A stretch of DNA of 64,000 bases, from NCBI GenBank assembly GCA_964016885.1, contig OZ024746.1, positions 38,192,001-38,256,000 on the forward strand. Reading direction: 5' to 3'. The translations under genes were made by a program, and so were the position numbers. Below, one piece after another: positions 25,729 through 40,500 of this stretch. Source of the stretch: Eledone cirrhosa. Its lineage: Eukaryota. How positions within the stretch are numbered: position 1 is the stretch's first letter; every line of letters starts with the position of its first letter. The notes beneath the pieces are model-generated. The model was not told the DNA's origin, searched no databases, and saw only the letters and a program-made list of their open reading frames with translations.

Positions 25729-28452
25729 TGAAAACAATTACACGCAAAGACAAAACCACGTTTATGGTATAAATGAAGTTGTAGACTGATATTCTATTAG
25801 GTGATTCATGGAGACGTTCTCTGGCAATGAACGGAAAAAACGAAGATAATACGTGGAGCAAAGAGTATAATTACACGCAAAGACAAATCGACGTAAATGG
25901 TATAACTGAAGTCGTAGACTAAAAATATATTTAGGAAACCGAATGATTCTCGGCTTCAGAGTTAAGAATAAAGTAAATAAAATACAGAGGTAATTGAAAT
26001 TAAATATATACATACACGCATCCATATACGTACATACAGAAGCATACGCGAAAACACTCGCCATGAGTATGCAAATACAAGCACGTACACAAAAAGAAAC
26101 AAAAAAACACGCTCGCACATACAGAACCCACGCAACACCTGTACCCGCAAACATACGAAGGTATACACCAAATACACATAAAAATATATAAAAACATACA
26201 TACATATACATGTGTGTGTGTGTGTGTGTGTGCGTGTATACATAATTAAATAAACGTATATAAATATACACACATATATACGTATAGAGCACGTGTACAC
26301 ACACACCTACATGTAAATACACATATGTTCGCGGACGAACGTCAACCAAATCACAAAGTACACATATACACGCACCCTACATACGTACGAACGCGCATAC
26401 TCACACAGGCGTAAAACTCACGTATACACATAACCAAATGCACATGTACCTGTATATATAATATATACGCCAATAACATATACAAGCAAATACGAGAAAG
26501 TATACGTACCGTCACAAAAAATACAGGTAATATATACTTACCTATACAAATAAGTAATGGTATTAACATATCATATACTTAGCTACCACACCAAGACGCA
26601 AACTATCCGCGTATAGTTCGTACTATCCGTTAGGGTATAATGTGGGGCTGTAATTAAGCAAAGTGTTGTGCAATTTATGATTACAAGCCGAAATTGACTC
26701 AGATTTTTTGTTTAAGATGTTGTCTTTGGCGTAGTGTATTTCCAGGGCCTCAGCGGCGCAGAGGTCACATGGTCTTTTATTTCCGTTATACGATCTAGCT
26801 AAGGCTAGAATCTCCCAGTGCAACTTATAATGGATGTGGTTGTCTTTTAGACTCCAGATATAAGCTGAAAGTGACGTCACATTCCTTCTTAAAGGGTTAA
26901 GAAAAGAATGGGTATGCATGTAAAGACGCTGCTTAAAACTATGTAGGCTCTACGGGACATGGGTGTTTCAACCTTACATTTGTAGACAATGTTATTAGAG
27001 AGGCATTTCCCGGATAGAGGGCAGTCAACTCAACTCCTACAATTAGAGTTAGTACTAGTTACAGGGTTGCACGTGTTCCTACGGCTAGGTAACTTAGCTA
27101 AATTTGAAGCTGTGATGTTATGTGCAAGGTTAGGAGTCGTAGAGTAAGACATTTTAATGGTATTTCTATTAAAAATTTTACTATATTTATTTGCTGGGGG
27201 AAATGTTTCATAATAAGGGAGAGAAAGATCTTAGATAATGGTGTGGCCACCTCCATATTATATGGTGGGTTATACCATATAATGCGTCGCGATCCATTTT
27301 TACTAAGTCTATTCTCGTACTCTTTATAAGCTACCTTTTCGACAAATCCACTCCGAGCAGAGCTACATTTTAATATGTGGAATGGTCGTTGAAAATATTC
27401 TCGTTTGTAGATAGACGCGAAAGCCTCAAAGAAACGTTTCTTACCAGGTTCTTGGTCATGCTGGCAGGATGGTTAGAATGCTTACTTATGTAATTAAGCG
27501 TATCATTCGACTGACCTTACGGGTAGTGCAAGCCTTTCGACAAATCGAGGGTAGCGTCGAGCTAATTAACGACCAAGAAGGCTGTGAGTTCTTTTCTGAA
27601 CCTGTCGCAAGCACGTGAGCCGCACTTTGTCATGGCCAAAAGACCGTCATCACGGTACAAACCACCGCCCACATTGGGGAATTCTCCCTTGATAGAGAAA
27701 AGAAAGAAAAGGCCGATAGGATCACTAACCTCCGCAGAATCGCTGGTGCCCATACTCACGCGAATGGATTTTTTTTTCATGTACGTTCTTGTATTTGCAT
27801 ACCCATGGCGAGTGTTTTCGCGTATGCTTGTGTATGTACGTATATGGATGCGTGTATGTATATATTTAATTTCAATTACCTCTGTATTTTATTTCCTTTA
27901 TTCTTAACGCTGAAGCCGAGAATCATTCGGTTTCCTAAATATATTTTTAGTCTACGACTTCAGTTATACCAATTACGTGGTTTTGGCTTTGCGTGTAATT
28001 GTTCTCTTTGTTCCACATAATGACGTATTATCTTCGTTTTGTCCGTTCATTGCCAGAGAACGTCTCCATGAACCACCTAATAGAATATTAGTCTACGACT
28101 TCATTTATACCATAAACATGGTTTTGTCTTTGCGTGTAATTGTTTTCACCGCACCAAATAATGACATATTATCTTCGTTTTTTTCCATTCTTTGCCAGGG
28201 AACGTTTCCACGAACCAAAGTATCGACTTCCTGTCTTCCTTCGGTTGCAACGTTTTTTGAAATATTTACTCTGCGTTCACAGATTGACTTCTTTAGTTTC
28301 AGAAGCTCCCGTTAAGGGTGAAAGCAGCGATTATTTGCCTAAACTTTAACCTGTTATTTTAATAAATATTTGCTTTACGGTTCTTATATATCCGATACAT
28401 ATTTATCCTTATCGAGCCCTTTTTGGATTTTAGTCTTCAAATTTATTGTTAT

Positions 28453-28457
<5 letters not shown>
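25729..28457 (-). mobile_element. Penelope-like retroelement family 2, decayed, 5'-truncated, with inverted pLTR (arms 25729-26089 and 27780-28148) and plus-strand hammerhead and tail ending in (TA)n
   Basis: Minus strand RT: SMGTSDSAEVSDPIGLF..GLYRDDGL. GIY-YIG region: DCPLSGKCL..NIVYKC..TSLSAYIWSLK..WEIL..CDLC..E..ILNKKSE. ~140-bp tandem units at 27950-28225. Confidence 0.85.
28295..28345 (+). ncRNA. Family 2 hammerhead variant (CAGA core), diverged copy
   Basis: AGTTT-CAGAAGC-TCCC/gttaa/GGGT-GAAA-GCA..TGC-CT-AAACT. Confidence 0.5.
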
Positions 28458-28500
<43 letters not shown>

Positions 28501-30098
28501 GCATGTGTTTATGAATATTTATTCATTATGTCTAAGTGGAGAGCCTTGTTTCACTAGAGTTTAACATACTCACTCCATGGTTTATCATAAATGAGTTGTG
28601 TTTTTATTTTGTGAGTTTATTCAACTTCTGATGTCTTTTATTATTCGGTTTCCTTCCGATGCAATGTTAATTTTAAGTTCGTCTTTCACCGTGTATTTAC
28701 GCCTGAAAAGATACTTTTCGTAACATAATCGTGTGGGGGGGGGGGGGTTATGGATAACTGTCACGTGCCTAAGCATTCGACTCGAACCTCTCCACTCTCT
28801 CAATTTTGTCCAAGAGGACAACAGAAGATGATATAGCGTAAAACCAGTGACGTTGGAACTCCTTTTTTCCATCTCAGTTAACTCGAGTAATGTAAGTGTC
28901 TCCCATACAATCGTGAGTCCAAAGTTCTAACGCAACACCAATGAAATATACAAATCGTTGACATATTGGAGTCTCATATTTGAGTCACAAATATGTAAGC
29001 AGTGATAATAAATGCAGTAACGAAATCCCAGAATATAGTGTAACGGAATATAAATGTAGTACTACATTGTAGTTTACCATAGAAACTTCTATATCGATAT
29101 TCTTAATATACACCAGCAGAATATGCCAGAAGCATGTTAAATACCATGATTGTCTTTGGATGGTATTTGACTCAGGAATGCTTTTTTAGATAATCAGATA
29201 TTACTTGTGTAGATTATCTATATTTTATGGTTGGTAGTACAAATCTCTCAACGTTGTATTGATTAACATGTTTAGCTGAAATTTGGGAGTACCCACATTT
29301 ATATTCATTCATTTTATGTTCATATTTGTAAAGATATGCGCATTGTATGATTTTTATTAGTTTTAAAAATAACCAAGTACTTTGAGTAATTTTGTAAAAT
29401 AAATAACTATTTCCATTATTAACCTCGATTTTAGAACATGTTTCAAAGAGAACATCTTACATACATGTATAAACTCATTAAAATGATATTCTTTAGAGAT
29501 TGAGCTTAATGCAGACCTAGGTAAAATGTGTATCAAATGACCTCCGCTTTTTTCTTATAGAACAAACAGGGGTCCAAAACTTCAGGTTACTCTCAGAATT
29601 CAATAGGTTTAACAGATAATATTCAATAATATTTGAAGCTTTAGCAATGACTGTACAGCTCCACCATTCATTTATGAGACTTTTATGGCACAGCTTGTTA
29701 ATATTTAACGGAATATCATTATGTGAAATCATGTTGGATATTTCCAAAAATGTATAATTTATCACTGTGAAAAGGAATTGAAAAGAATTGAACTAATGAA
29801 GATGAGACTTTAGCTTTGCAAATACTTGACAGAAGACAATTCAATTCCGAAAATAGCGACACGTGCATCTCATTCTGCGTATGTTTTCAAATATATATGC
29901 ATATGAAGGTATACATACGTACATAAGCACATGTTTACACACACACGCATATATATACACACACATCCATTCATATATACATATATATACAGTAGAAAAT
30001 GAACGAAATTCCTTTGTTAAAATAACATAAATTTGAAAAAAAAGGGAAGAATTACTTCATTGGGGGGCGTAACACAATCTGTATTCGACAAAGATCCA

Positions 30099-30219
<121 letters not shown>

Positions 30220-30995
30220 CTTAATATTAGAACTATTGTGAGTATTGCTGGTTCTACATAGAAATATCATGTTACCCTTATGGAAATTAAAGAAAAAGTG
30301 ATTCTTCCTTGAACCCAGTCTTCTTGTTTGATATTTGATACAGTTTTTTAAGATCTTACTCTTTTTAATTGCAAAGAATTACTCTTTTCTATACTTTGCA
30401 CACTGTACTGTGCTGTTAACAGAAACTTAGTTTATATTTCTAGCAGGTGAAGCAACGCAATAGAAGACGTCTTGCTCTCTCGAGATTTAATTGTACGGGT
30501 GTGTTTGTGTGTCTGTTTGCGTCAGAGTATATGTATGTTTTTAAATCTTTATATTTGTTGGTTTGTGTATGCCTATGTATGACGTTGTGTGTGTTTAACT
30601 AAGTATTTGTAAAAGGTATTCAACTAAAGCGTTTATAAAACGAAAGTGAAAAAATCTATTAAATGTAATACTTGAAATATGAAAGAAAATAAATGAAATT
30701 ATATATTCAAACATTAGAACAAAAATTGTGAAAAGAATTGTGGGAGAAATTGGAAGAAAACATTAAAACAATAAATCTTATAAATATCTGAGGAAATGCT
30801 TTGAAGTGAAGGCCAATGAAAATATGTTTGAGTGTTCGTCAAAGATGAAATGACGAAGTCGGAAGTTGGGGTAGAATCAAGGAAACTCAGTATGCAGGAA
30901 CTACTGGGAATATTAACACACACAGTATTATATTAATATCCTATATACATTTATGTATATGTGTGAGTGTGCGTGTGTATGCATGTATGAGTTTG

Positions 30996-31027
<32 letters not shown>

Positions 31028-34000
31028 GAGAGAGAGAAATAAATAGATAGATATATAGATACAAACACACATAAACACATACACATATATATATGAACAT
31101 TTTTAATATACAAATATATACAAATATACGCATGCATACACACTCATATATATATATATATATATATAAGTCTACAGACATTCGTGTATATATATGTGGG
31201 TGTGTGGGTGTGTGTGTGTGTGTACCTTTGCAGATATTATTGGTATTGGTTGCGTTTCATCTCGAATTCAGGACATAACTATTCTCTTTGCCTATCGTGC
31301 GCTATGCTGTCATGATTTTTCGCTTTTCTAAAAAATGTTTACGCTTTATGCATAAATAAAATATTATTATTTTAATTTTCAATAAATAAATTCTTAATTG
31401 AAAATAAATACGATGTTCATTCAATTTTAATTATTGCAGCAATTCAATATTTCAGAATTGTGAAAAGTAATTTAACTATGACGTAATCTTATCCGATGTA
31501 TTCAAAAATAATAGAAAAAAAAAATGAATGATCAAATTTAACAACTTATCTTTAAAGAAATCATTATATATTTCGTTCAAATACGCCGAAAAAATATTCT
31601 ATGATGTCATGTCTGCTCAATATTTCATATAAATTCTTGAGACGTTTACTTCTCAGTCATATCTTCGATGCTTCAGCAGACACCGAATCTGTAGCTTGTC
31701 TTTTGTCTATAACCAACACAGCATTGAGATATTTCATTGACCTTAAAATAGACAAAGATTTGTTTCAACCCAAGAAATAAAAGAGAGAAACAAAACGAAT
31801 GCAGCCATCAGTTCCAAGAACAATGTTATTATGTAGCATTGCAATACATAATTTAATAGTACTCAATAGAGAAATATGCATATATTCTTCTTGAATATAA
31901 TCTATTCACCTATTCTCATTCATAATTTATCTAGGTATCTAATGTTTCAATCGTAAGGATGTCTGTTCATGTTGCTGTATATTTGTATGTATTGCTTTCT
32001 TATTATGATTCAGCTAAATATACTTCGTGTATCACATAAAATATTCCTTTATATATTCGGTTAATATCATGTGAGTGCCTTAACATAAGTGTTTAGTCTG
32101 CAACGTATCGGAACTACTAACAATTTTCGTTTCTCACTTGTTGCAATTTAACTTTGTGAGAATTCCACCGTTAAGTGTTTTGATTTTCAATTATCATACA
32201 TTGGCTACTGTAAGTATTTTGGAATCAAATCGTTCATGAGGGAATTGGCCTCTAGAATAGTTTAATGTAAGTTATAGTTTTTGTTCTCATTAGACACAAT
32301 CGTCCCATAGAGAAATGAAATGCTTTATGGCTGAAGATATGATACTTACTAACCCATATGTTGTCCAAACATTTTGAAATAATCTCATATTCCTATGTGG
32401 AATAGGCTACTAGCTGGTTGTGACAGACAAAGTCTCTTTATTTATTTCTGCTGGGAGAGTTCTTTATTTTCATTATATATACAGCCAGAAGGCTACTGAA
32501 TTTTTTAGATCAAACCGCTCACTAACTAAAAGTAAACAACGGTTTACTGAAGCATTAAGTCATCCCCTACAGTTGAGTATGCATATATTAGTAATACTAA
32601 CTCATATACTGCATCACACATCTCTTCAGTAATATGTTCATTATTTTGTAGCTTTGCATGAAATCTGCGTCATCTAAATATATAAATAATAGGGTGATCA
32701 CGAGGAGACCAAGGTGATAGACAAAAGGCTTTGAAAGGGAAATGTTTTCTGAGCATATATATATATATATATATACAATGATATAATATAGATAATTATA
32801 AATGGTTTTCTGAGAATGAATATATAATTTTATAAGAGCACTAATTTTAAAATTTCATTTAGTTTAAGTAATTATGTTAACATTGAAAATTTAGGTTTGT
32901 CGCGGGGAAGTTAGAACAATTCAGCCTCGCTAGAACCTATTTCTTATTAGGTTCTACATGTGATAAACTTGAGCATTTATAATCCTAGAAAAATATTTCG
33001 ATGATATAAAATATTTCGCTCGTCTATCAGTTAATATAGATAAGGATTATATTTATTTACGTCTAGTGTATCTCATTGCTTGCTTTCTGAGTATATTTGC
33101 TCGGATTATAGCAAATGTTTCAAATAACATCAATATATATCAGATGCGTAACCTTAAGATGTCGTCATTGAGCCCTCATTGAGTAAAGCTACTCATTCCG
33201 TTCTGTTTCTGTTCAGGCTGTGCATGACATTATATAATTTCCTTGAAAACGTATTCCTCAATGCGATATATAAAACGTTACTTCAACATTGTAATTATAG
33301 TTAAAATACATTTTCCATCGTGATAATTTATATTTCAGGAGGAATTCAATTTCTACATAATTACAGTATCAAAACCTTTTGAATTAAGAAGGTTACAATG
33401 AATAATCGAATTTAGCTTTCCAAAAATGTTTCGCTGTCAAATTGTAAGTTAATTACACTAGGTAAAAGGCTATTAGTAAAGGTTAAATTTACACAGAAAT
33501 GTATAAATGTTACGGAGGCATTACAGAGACAGAAACTATATGGCAGAACAATGGTGAGAATGATAATGTACAAGAACCAAGTGTCAGACTGCATATAATA
33601 TATCACACTGCTCCTTTTGTTATTACCAGCAAACATTTGATTTATGTATGGATTCTGAGCGAAAATAGATAATTTTTACGGTACCTGAAACGTAGTCATT
33701 CTTCACCGAATGAAGTACCATTAGTTTTGGTTGTAATCCCTTGTAATCTTCAATGTTTACAAAGAATCTCTTACGTAGGTGAGTGATATCATAAGACGCA
33801 CCACTGCCCAGAAATTGTCTAAATCCACCAAATTCTTACAATCCAGCAATTCTAGACCTCTATGAAAAATGCATACTAAAAGCGACCAGTCAAGCCTGGC
33901 AACCGTAAAAATATTATGCCCACACACATATGTCAGCAGCATTGTTCATAGAAAGTGCAAAATGACAGTCAGCAGCATTAATAAATGCAGTGGAACGGCA

Positions 34001-34750
34001 GGTGCCATCTTCCGACCGAGATTGCTTTGCACACATCCGTGTTGGCAGATATAAACAATTTACATACGACGCAGCTCTATGCAGTGGATATGTCTGCTCG
34101 AAAATGTGCCTTTGAAAAGTAATGAATAGTCGTAGATTTCATCCATCACAAACAACTTTGGGTAAATATAAATAACAAGAGCAGCATGTCGAAGAAGAAT
34201 AATTTCAGACCACCACGCTGCATCATATACAATTAAGCGGTGTATTTTAGAATACCCAGATTTTCTATCAAACACCAAGTATGTTTGGATATAAATATAC
34301 TATTCAGCCAAATAGATATGTACCGAATGGCTAAGCAATCAGAAATATAAAGGTTAACGCACAATGGGAATGAAACAATTAAAGGTTGGCTTCAAATCTT
34401 AACACCGACTGATATACTATGTTACAAATTCTCCTCGTTTTATAACTCTCTGTGGAAGTTAGTTCAAATTAAATCCCTGTTCAGGAATGTAAAACAAACG
34501 GTTGATTATCTATTTGAAACTTGTGGAGTGATATGTATTTGTATATAATATTGAGTGATTTATTCTATTGTAACCTAACTCCTAGGAAAGGAATTATGTA
34601 GAGAAGTCATTACCATATTATCTTTTCCGAGTTATGCTAAAGCAAAAGCGTCAAACCGTATTATCTCTCTATAAAACTAATTTTTCAACATGTTACGTGG
34701 CTATAGGGTTAATTTTCCATGATGTATTCTACACACTAGATGGTATTATT

Positions 34751-34909
34751 TGGGCAGTATCGGTAGAGGGTCGGACGCCATGCTTTGACACATAGAGAAT
34801 TCAAATCCCGCCGAGGTTAACTTTGCCTTTCATCCTTACGGGGTCGATAAAATAAAGTACCAGTAATGTACTGGATAATTGCTGGCCTTGTGCCAAAAGT
34901 AGAAACAAT
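34751..34909 (+). mobile_element. tRNA-derived SINE
   Basis: Matches the 24034-24221 copy, with a small internal deletion. Confidence 0.8.
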
Positions 34910-36165
34910 TATTATAGGGAAATAATATTGTGGTATTTATAACAGATATTGACAATATTGGTGCATGCGCTATTATATTTTGAAGCGTCTAGCATTATTA
35001 GTATTCCTGAACAGTGAATTATTACAACATAAGCAATCCAAAGTTAAATGCATCAACGTAGTCTTTGAACAATTTATCACGCTTTCATGTCGTTTGGTTA
35101 CATTACACTGACACTTTACTGTCTGATTCACATCCTATAATAAAAGCTATTTTATTATGAACTTCCTCTACTAATTAACAATAAACTAGTAAGTGTGATA
35201 TTGATTTTATAATTGTCAACTTTTTCGTGAAACTTCATTATTACACCATAATCATATACCAATTTACCGAAATTATTGATCCCGAATTGATATAAATAGC
35301 AAAACTTTTTTCAAACGGATGCTTTGTCACTTTAATAACGAGCCGCCGAGTGTCACAGAGCCGTTAAATGAACTTCATTTTCCTGATAGAGAGAGACGCA
35401 CAAGTACGAAACGCTAGTATCAATGTAAAGGGTTGTCTGATCTGGTAATCTCTACTGTAACAGCAGGGGATTGTGGAAAATATCAGACTTGTTTCATATT
35501 TTCAACTAATTTCATGCTAAGGGGAGGCACAAAAGCAAACAAAATACATGAGTGAAATAGCAACATCCCCACAACGTAGTAACTAAAGTAAAGACATACA
35601 GGGACACATAAAAAATTAACTAATAAAGCAAACGAGACATACATAGTTAGAGCAAGTAACAAATTAGTAACAAGTAAATAAACGTATAGATAAATAAATA
35701 TGTTAAAAAGAATAAATAAGTAAAACCTTAGCCACACATAGCCCTGGATACAACACATGCGCAGCCCAAGTACACATCTCACAAAAGCAAAATGGTGTAG
35801 GACATAGCAAATAGATACACAATGTGTGATCATAGTGCTTTCATGACAATCAACAAGTAAACAACCGTACGGTTATCAAACTAACCGATTAGGAGTTCAT
35901 GAATTGAAGTGAAATCCAACATGTGTGGGTATTTTTTATTAGCAGCATTACCCTCCATTGCCAAGGAATCATGTTGACCAAATTTGATATACATATTTCC
36001 ATGAAGAACATATTCATTCCACCAAAGACACTAAATCTGGCCCTACCACCACTAACTTCCCTGACTAATATGAAGCCTATAAATATCAACAAATTATTAT
36101 GTCGTCCGGCATTCCTGGTGATTTCATACGAAAGAAACAATCCTGTAGAAGCCACTCATATATAT

Positions 36166-36226
<61 letters not shown>

Positions 36227-36248
36227 AATATATATATATAAATATATA

Positions 36249-36338
<90 letters not shown>

Positions 36339-36345
<7 letters not shown>

Positions 36346-36967
36346 TAACAGATTAAAGTTTAAGGAAAGAATCGCTGCTTTCACCCTTAACAAGATATTC
36401 TGAAACTAATATACCCGTTAGGGTATAATGTGGGGCTGTAATACAGGAAAGTATTGTGCAATTTATGTTTACAAGCCGAAATTGCCTCAGATTTTTTGTT
36501 TAAGATGTGGTCTGTGGCGTAGAGGAGTATTTCCAGGGCCTCAGCGGCGCAGAGGTCAAATGGTCTTTTATTTCCGTTATACGATCTAGCCCTAGCTAGG
36601 ATCTCCCAGTGTAACTTATATTGGGTGTGGTTGTCTTTCAGACTCCAGATATAAGCTGAAAGTGACGTCATATTCCTTCTTAGAGGGTAACGAAAAGAAT
36701 GGGTACGCATGTAAAGACACTGCTTGAATCTATTGGCAGTTAACCCTATGTAGGCCATACGGGACGTGTGTGTTTCAACCTTACATTTGTAGACAATGTT
36801 ACTAGAGAGGCATTTCCCGGATAGGGGGCAGTCAACCCGATTCCTACAATTACAGTGAGTTACACTTCTATGTAAATATTTGCTCTACGGTTCTTATATA
36901 TTTGATATATATTTATCCTTATCGAGCTCTCTTTGGATTTAAGTCTTCAAATTTATTATTATTACTA
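36339..36967 (-). mobile_element. PLE family 2 short copy: GIY-YIG region + hammerhead (minus, 36339-~36855) and tail only (plus, 36873-36967), between (TA)n runs
   Basis: ORF 36387..36758: AYIGLTANRFKQ..TSLSAYIWSLK..LNKKSE. The tail matches 28372-28457 and 51932-52022. Confidence 0.85.
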
Positions 36968-36985
36968 TATATATATATATATACA

Positions 36986-37053
<68 letters not shown>

Positions 37054-37076
37054 TTTATATATATATATATATATAT

Positions 37077-37422
37077 AATAAAGTTAAATAAAAGTCAAAT
37101 GATTAAAATTTAGCTTCGTTTATTACTGCTATATATATTTCAGTGACAGCCATCTTTGGCTGTGACCTCTTCAGGCAGTTTGAATTAGTATGGTATAGAC
37201 AAGTACCATACTAATTCAAACTGCCTGAAGAGGTCACAGCCAAAGATGGCTGTCACTGAAATATATATAGCAGTAATAAACGAAGCTAAATTTTAATCAT
37301 TTGACTTTTATTTAACTTTATTTTACACTACTCCGGAGTAACCAAACCAACCTGCGCACTTCGTCGAGTGCTCCAGCCTGCATACTGAGGTGTTGGTATA
37401 CAACCAACATAAACTCAAAATC
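37077..37422. mobile_element. Non-coding fold-back mini-element: 119-bp inverted repeat (37077-37195 / 37204-37322) + ~100-nt tail, in (TA)n
   Basis: Arms read as exact reverse complements around the 8-nt loop TAGACAAG; each arm carries a hammerhead. Confidence 0.85.
37220..37274 (+). ncRNA. Canonical-core minimal type I hammerhead ribozyme (mirror copy 37125-37179, minus)
   Basis: ACTGC-CTGAAGA-GGTCACAGCCA/aaga/TGGCTGTCACT-GAAA-TATATA-TA-GCAGT. Stem I is ACTGC/GCAGT, stem III is palindromic, and cleavage is predicted after A37269. Confidence 0.85.
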
Positions 37423-37458
37423 TATATATATATATATGTATATATATATGTGTGTGTG

Positions 37459-37559
<101 letters not shown>

Positions 37560-40500
37560 AAGAAATGTGCCTTTTAAATGAAATGGGGTTTGCGGAAAAA
37601 CGGAATTAAGCGAGATAAAGTAATTAATTGAAGAGAAGCGTGTGCTTGTAATATTATAGATTAGCAGGACTTACGTGTAGGTGAGGTTGTGATTAAGCAA
37701 GTGTACGTGCGTATGTGCAAGCATGGGGAATTAAGTGAGCTACACTGCTATGTAAATGTGTGTATATGTTTGTATAGGAGTTTAAATAGTGATGGCTATT
37801 GTCGTTAATGACTCAATAACCTCATTTCGTGTATTGTATTGACCTACAAATAGTGTCGTATTGACAAACAACGCTTAATGCCATAGTTGTATGTCGGAGC
37901 GGAGATAATGGTGTAATGGGTTGGAAAAAAGGGGGCAAATGAGTGTGCATGTTTGGAAAGCTGTGAAGTGCAGTTTTAGACATTTTATCATTATTTATGG
38001 AGGAATGGGTGTTTTAGAAGGAACATTAATTATTAATCGACATCATAGGCATCGGCTGTATCTAAGCGAAAGATTAGCTGCTGTTCGTGACCATACTGAA
38101 GTAGTAGTGTGTCATAGTATTGTAATGTATAGAAAAGTGGATTGGTGAAGTGAAGTGAAGAGACGATGACACGTTTGAGATATGTGCTTCTATCTCGTTG
38201 TAGACCTAACACGTTATGTTTAATATGATATACGTTTCATTTATTTCTCATATATATAAGACGCAGTAAATTTGCATTTGATGCCGTTGAAGACAGTTTG
38301 GTACTGTGAATTAATAGGTCAGTTATATAAAAACTGGATATGCGATTGTATGGCGTGATCATATGATGGACAAGGAGACAGCTGGTATAATGTCTAAAGA
38401 AAGCGAATGAAGACAAAATTGATAGGTTGGATGGAGGAGAATTGAAAAGAGTAAATGATATGTGAATGAAAAAGAACCTCAAGATGTTTTCGCATGTGAA
38501 GGATAGGAGAGGGTGTTTAGAAAGGAAGTGAGTGGTACCAGAGTCAGATTACATTAAACGAAAGCAATGTAGTCTGGTGCACTAGAAAGATTACTTAGTG
38601 GGCTTGAAGACTAAGTGAAAGAATACAATAAAGGTGGTGTCACAAAGGTGTTATACAGTGATGCTGTGTTCGTACTGAAGCTCAGTAGGGGCCAAGCACT
38701 CTAACGTGGAGTGATATGGATCATCAATACAAACAGAATTGTTAGAAAAGTTACGTGTGGATTCTAAATATAGAGTACATGTAGTTAAAATAAATAAATG
38801 CAGTGAGCTTTGCTGGGTTATGAAATATAATGCCATTGCAGTCGTTCGTCGATGTAAATCGTTTAAGCTGTAGTGTGTGTCTGGTATAATCATTGGCGTT
38901 ATTGGCTTGAGTGCAAACAATAAATAGGTTGGCATATTTAGGAAACTATCATACTCCCATAACCACTCCGTTAAACTGGAGCTGGTGAAACTCCCCGGAA
39001 AAGAGGAAGCAGTTGACAGTGAATGCATTTTGTGAGAGGTGGTAGCAATTAGTATTACTGGACATGAGGGTAGAACAAAAGTGCTAAATGAATATAAAAA
39101 AATAGAAATCGTTTTGTGTGGAGGATAACAAAACACGGGCAGTTCAGACTCAAGGACTTACGCATTTCCATACAAATTCGTTCCCATACATAATTCTTTC
39201 AACGTACCTCGACATTAGCCAATCAACCATGTTGGCCATTTTGCAAGGAGCCAGTAACTTTCTCAAGTCATTCTTGCTACTATCACAATTTGCTAAGAAT
39301 GCCAGCACAATTTGAAATGTCATCCTATTGCCTCATAAGCAAATGATCGTTCTAGATTAAGTATCTATGAATGACTTACGCCCCAAGTGGATAGGTATGT
39401 AAAGAGTTAATATCTTATAGAAAAGTATCCAATATTATGTATACTATCTTTAGGAAATAGTGTGTTGTCCGTTGATTACTTAAATACTGTAACAATATCC
39501 ATAATTCAGTATTAAGCATTAAAAAACGACATTCTCCTTTCTGTTATCATACATTATCGATTAATTTGGGTTCAATTGATTTCTCTTCTCATTGTGTATA
39601 AATTACTTACATAGTGCCTGGTTTGGTCATTAATCAGTATTTAACGACTACTGACGATTGCTCCTTAATCAACGATTATCGATTTATTTCGAAAATATTA
39701 CGATTATTCAACACGTATTGATCCGTTTGAAGCCTACCCATAACAATTAGCTGTATGATTATACAGTATCATTTATTCATAAGATTTATCGTTTTTTCGT
39801 CTTTGTCCGTTTTTGTTCTTCTTTATGGAAAATAACAGATGGCAAATTGATATTATACATAGAGCAAAATGAGATGCCGACAGTTCATTTCTGGTTGTAA
39901 GTATAGTGATGTATGTAGCTTAAGGAATTTAGCTCCTACGGTTATTTCTACATCAGAATCTGTAAGTGCTACATGAAGGTACCTCCTGAATTTTAAACAA
40001 CATCAATCTCGAACATTCATGTGCAACGCAAAATTCGAATTATTCTTTAAAATTAGAATGTAATAAACCTTCGTTATTTTTTATGATGGGTATTCCACTA
40101 GTTTGAACAGAATAACCTGCATGAGCAATTAACCGGCAAGTTGGTAAGTATTCCACAGACAGGTGAAACTCTAATCTAATTCTCAAAGATATGCAGTGTG
40201 TCAAAAAGTGTCCTTTGTATTCCAGGGAAACTGTATCTGACGGGCTTTCAAGAGTATCCACACACAACTCAAAGGTATTCCACACACAACTCATGGGTTG
40301 AATTGAGGGAATCACACATATCCAAGATACAATGAAGGGGGCTCAAATTGGAAACCTAATAATTATGTACAGAATGTCTTCGCCTCTTTGTAATTAGACT
40401 ATAACTAAAAAGCTAACAATGCGGCTTTAATTTCAATTCCATATTCATTCCCAACATAACCATTTTAGAATAATGGATTGTTTCTTACAACTCAAATAAT

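Noticed and set aside
33740-34080. Protein-like stretch (PLHRAA, SEDGTCRS on minus; RDCFAHIRVG on plus)
   Set aside because: Stops in all frames; may be an old RTE 3' end, but too decayed to call.
35380-35420. Hammerhead-like CTGATAGA...GAAACGCTAGTA
   Set aside because: Core spacing is wrong and stem II does not pair.
38150-39110. Possible RTE relics (RLxWxxH-like and Cys-rich/EAVDS segments)
   Set aside because: Only faint motif resemblance; needs a profile search.
40040-40360. 91-aa minus-strand ORF with a 22-bp internal duplication
   Set aside because: No recognisable motif or convincing splice pair.
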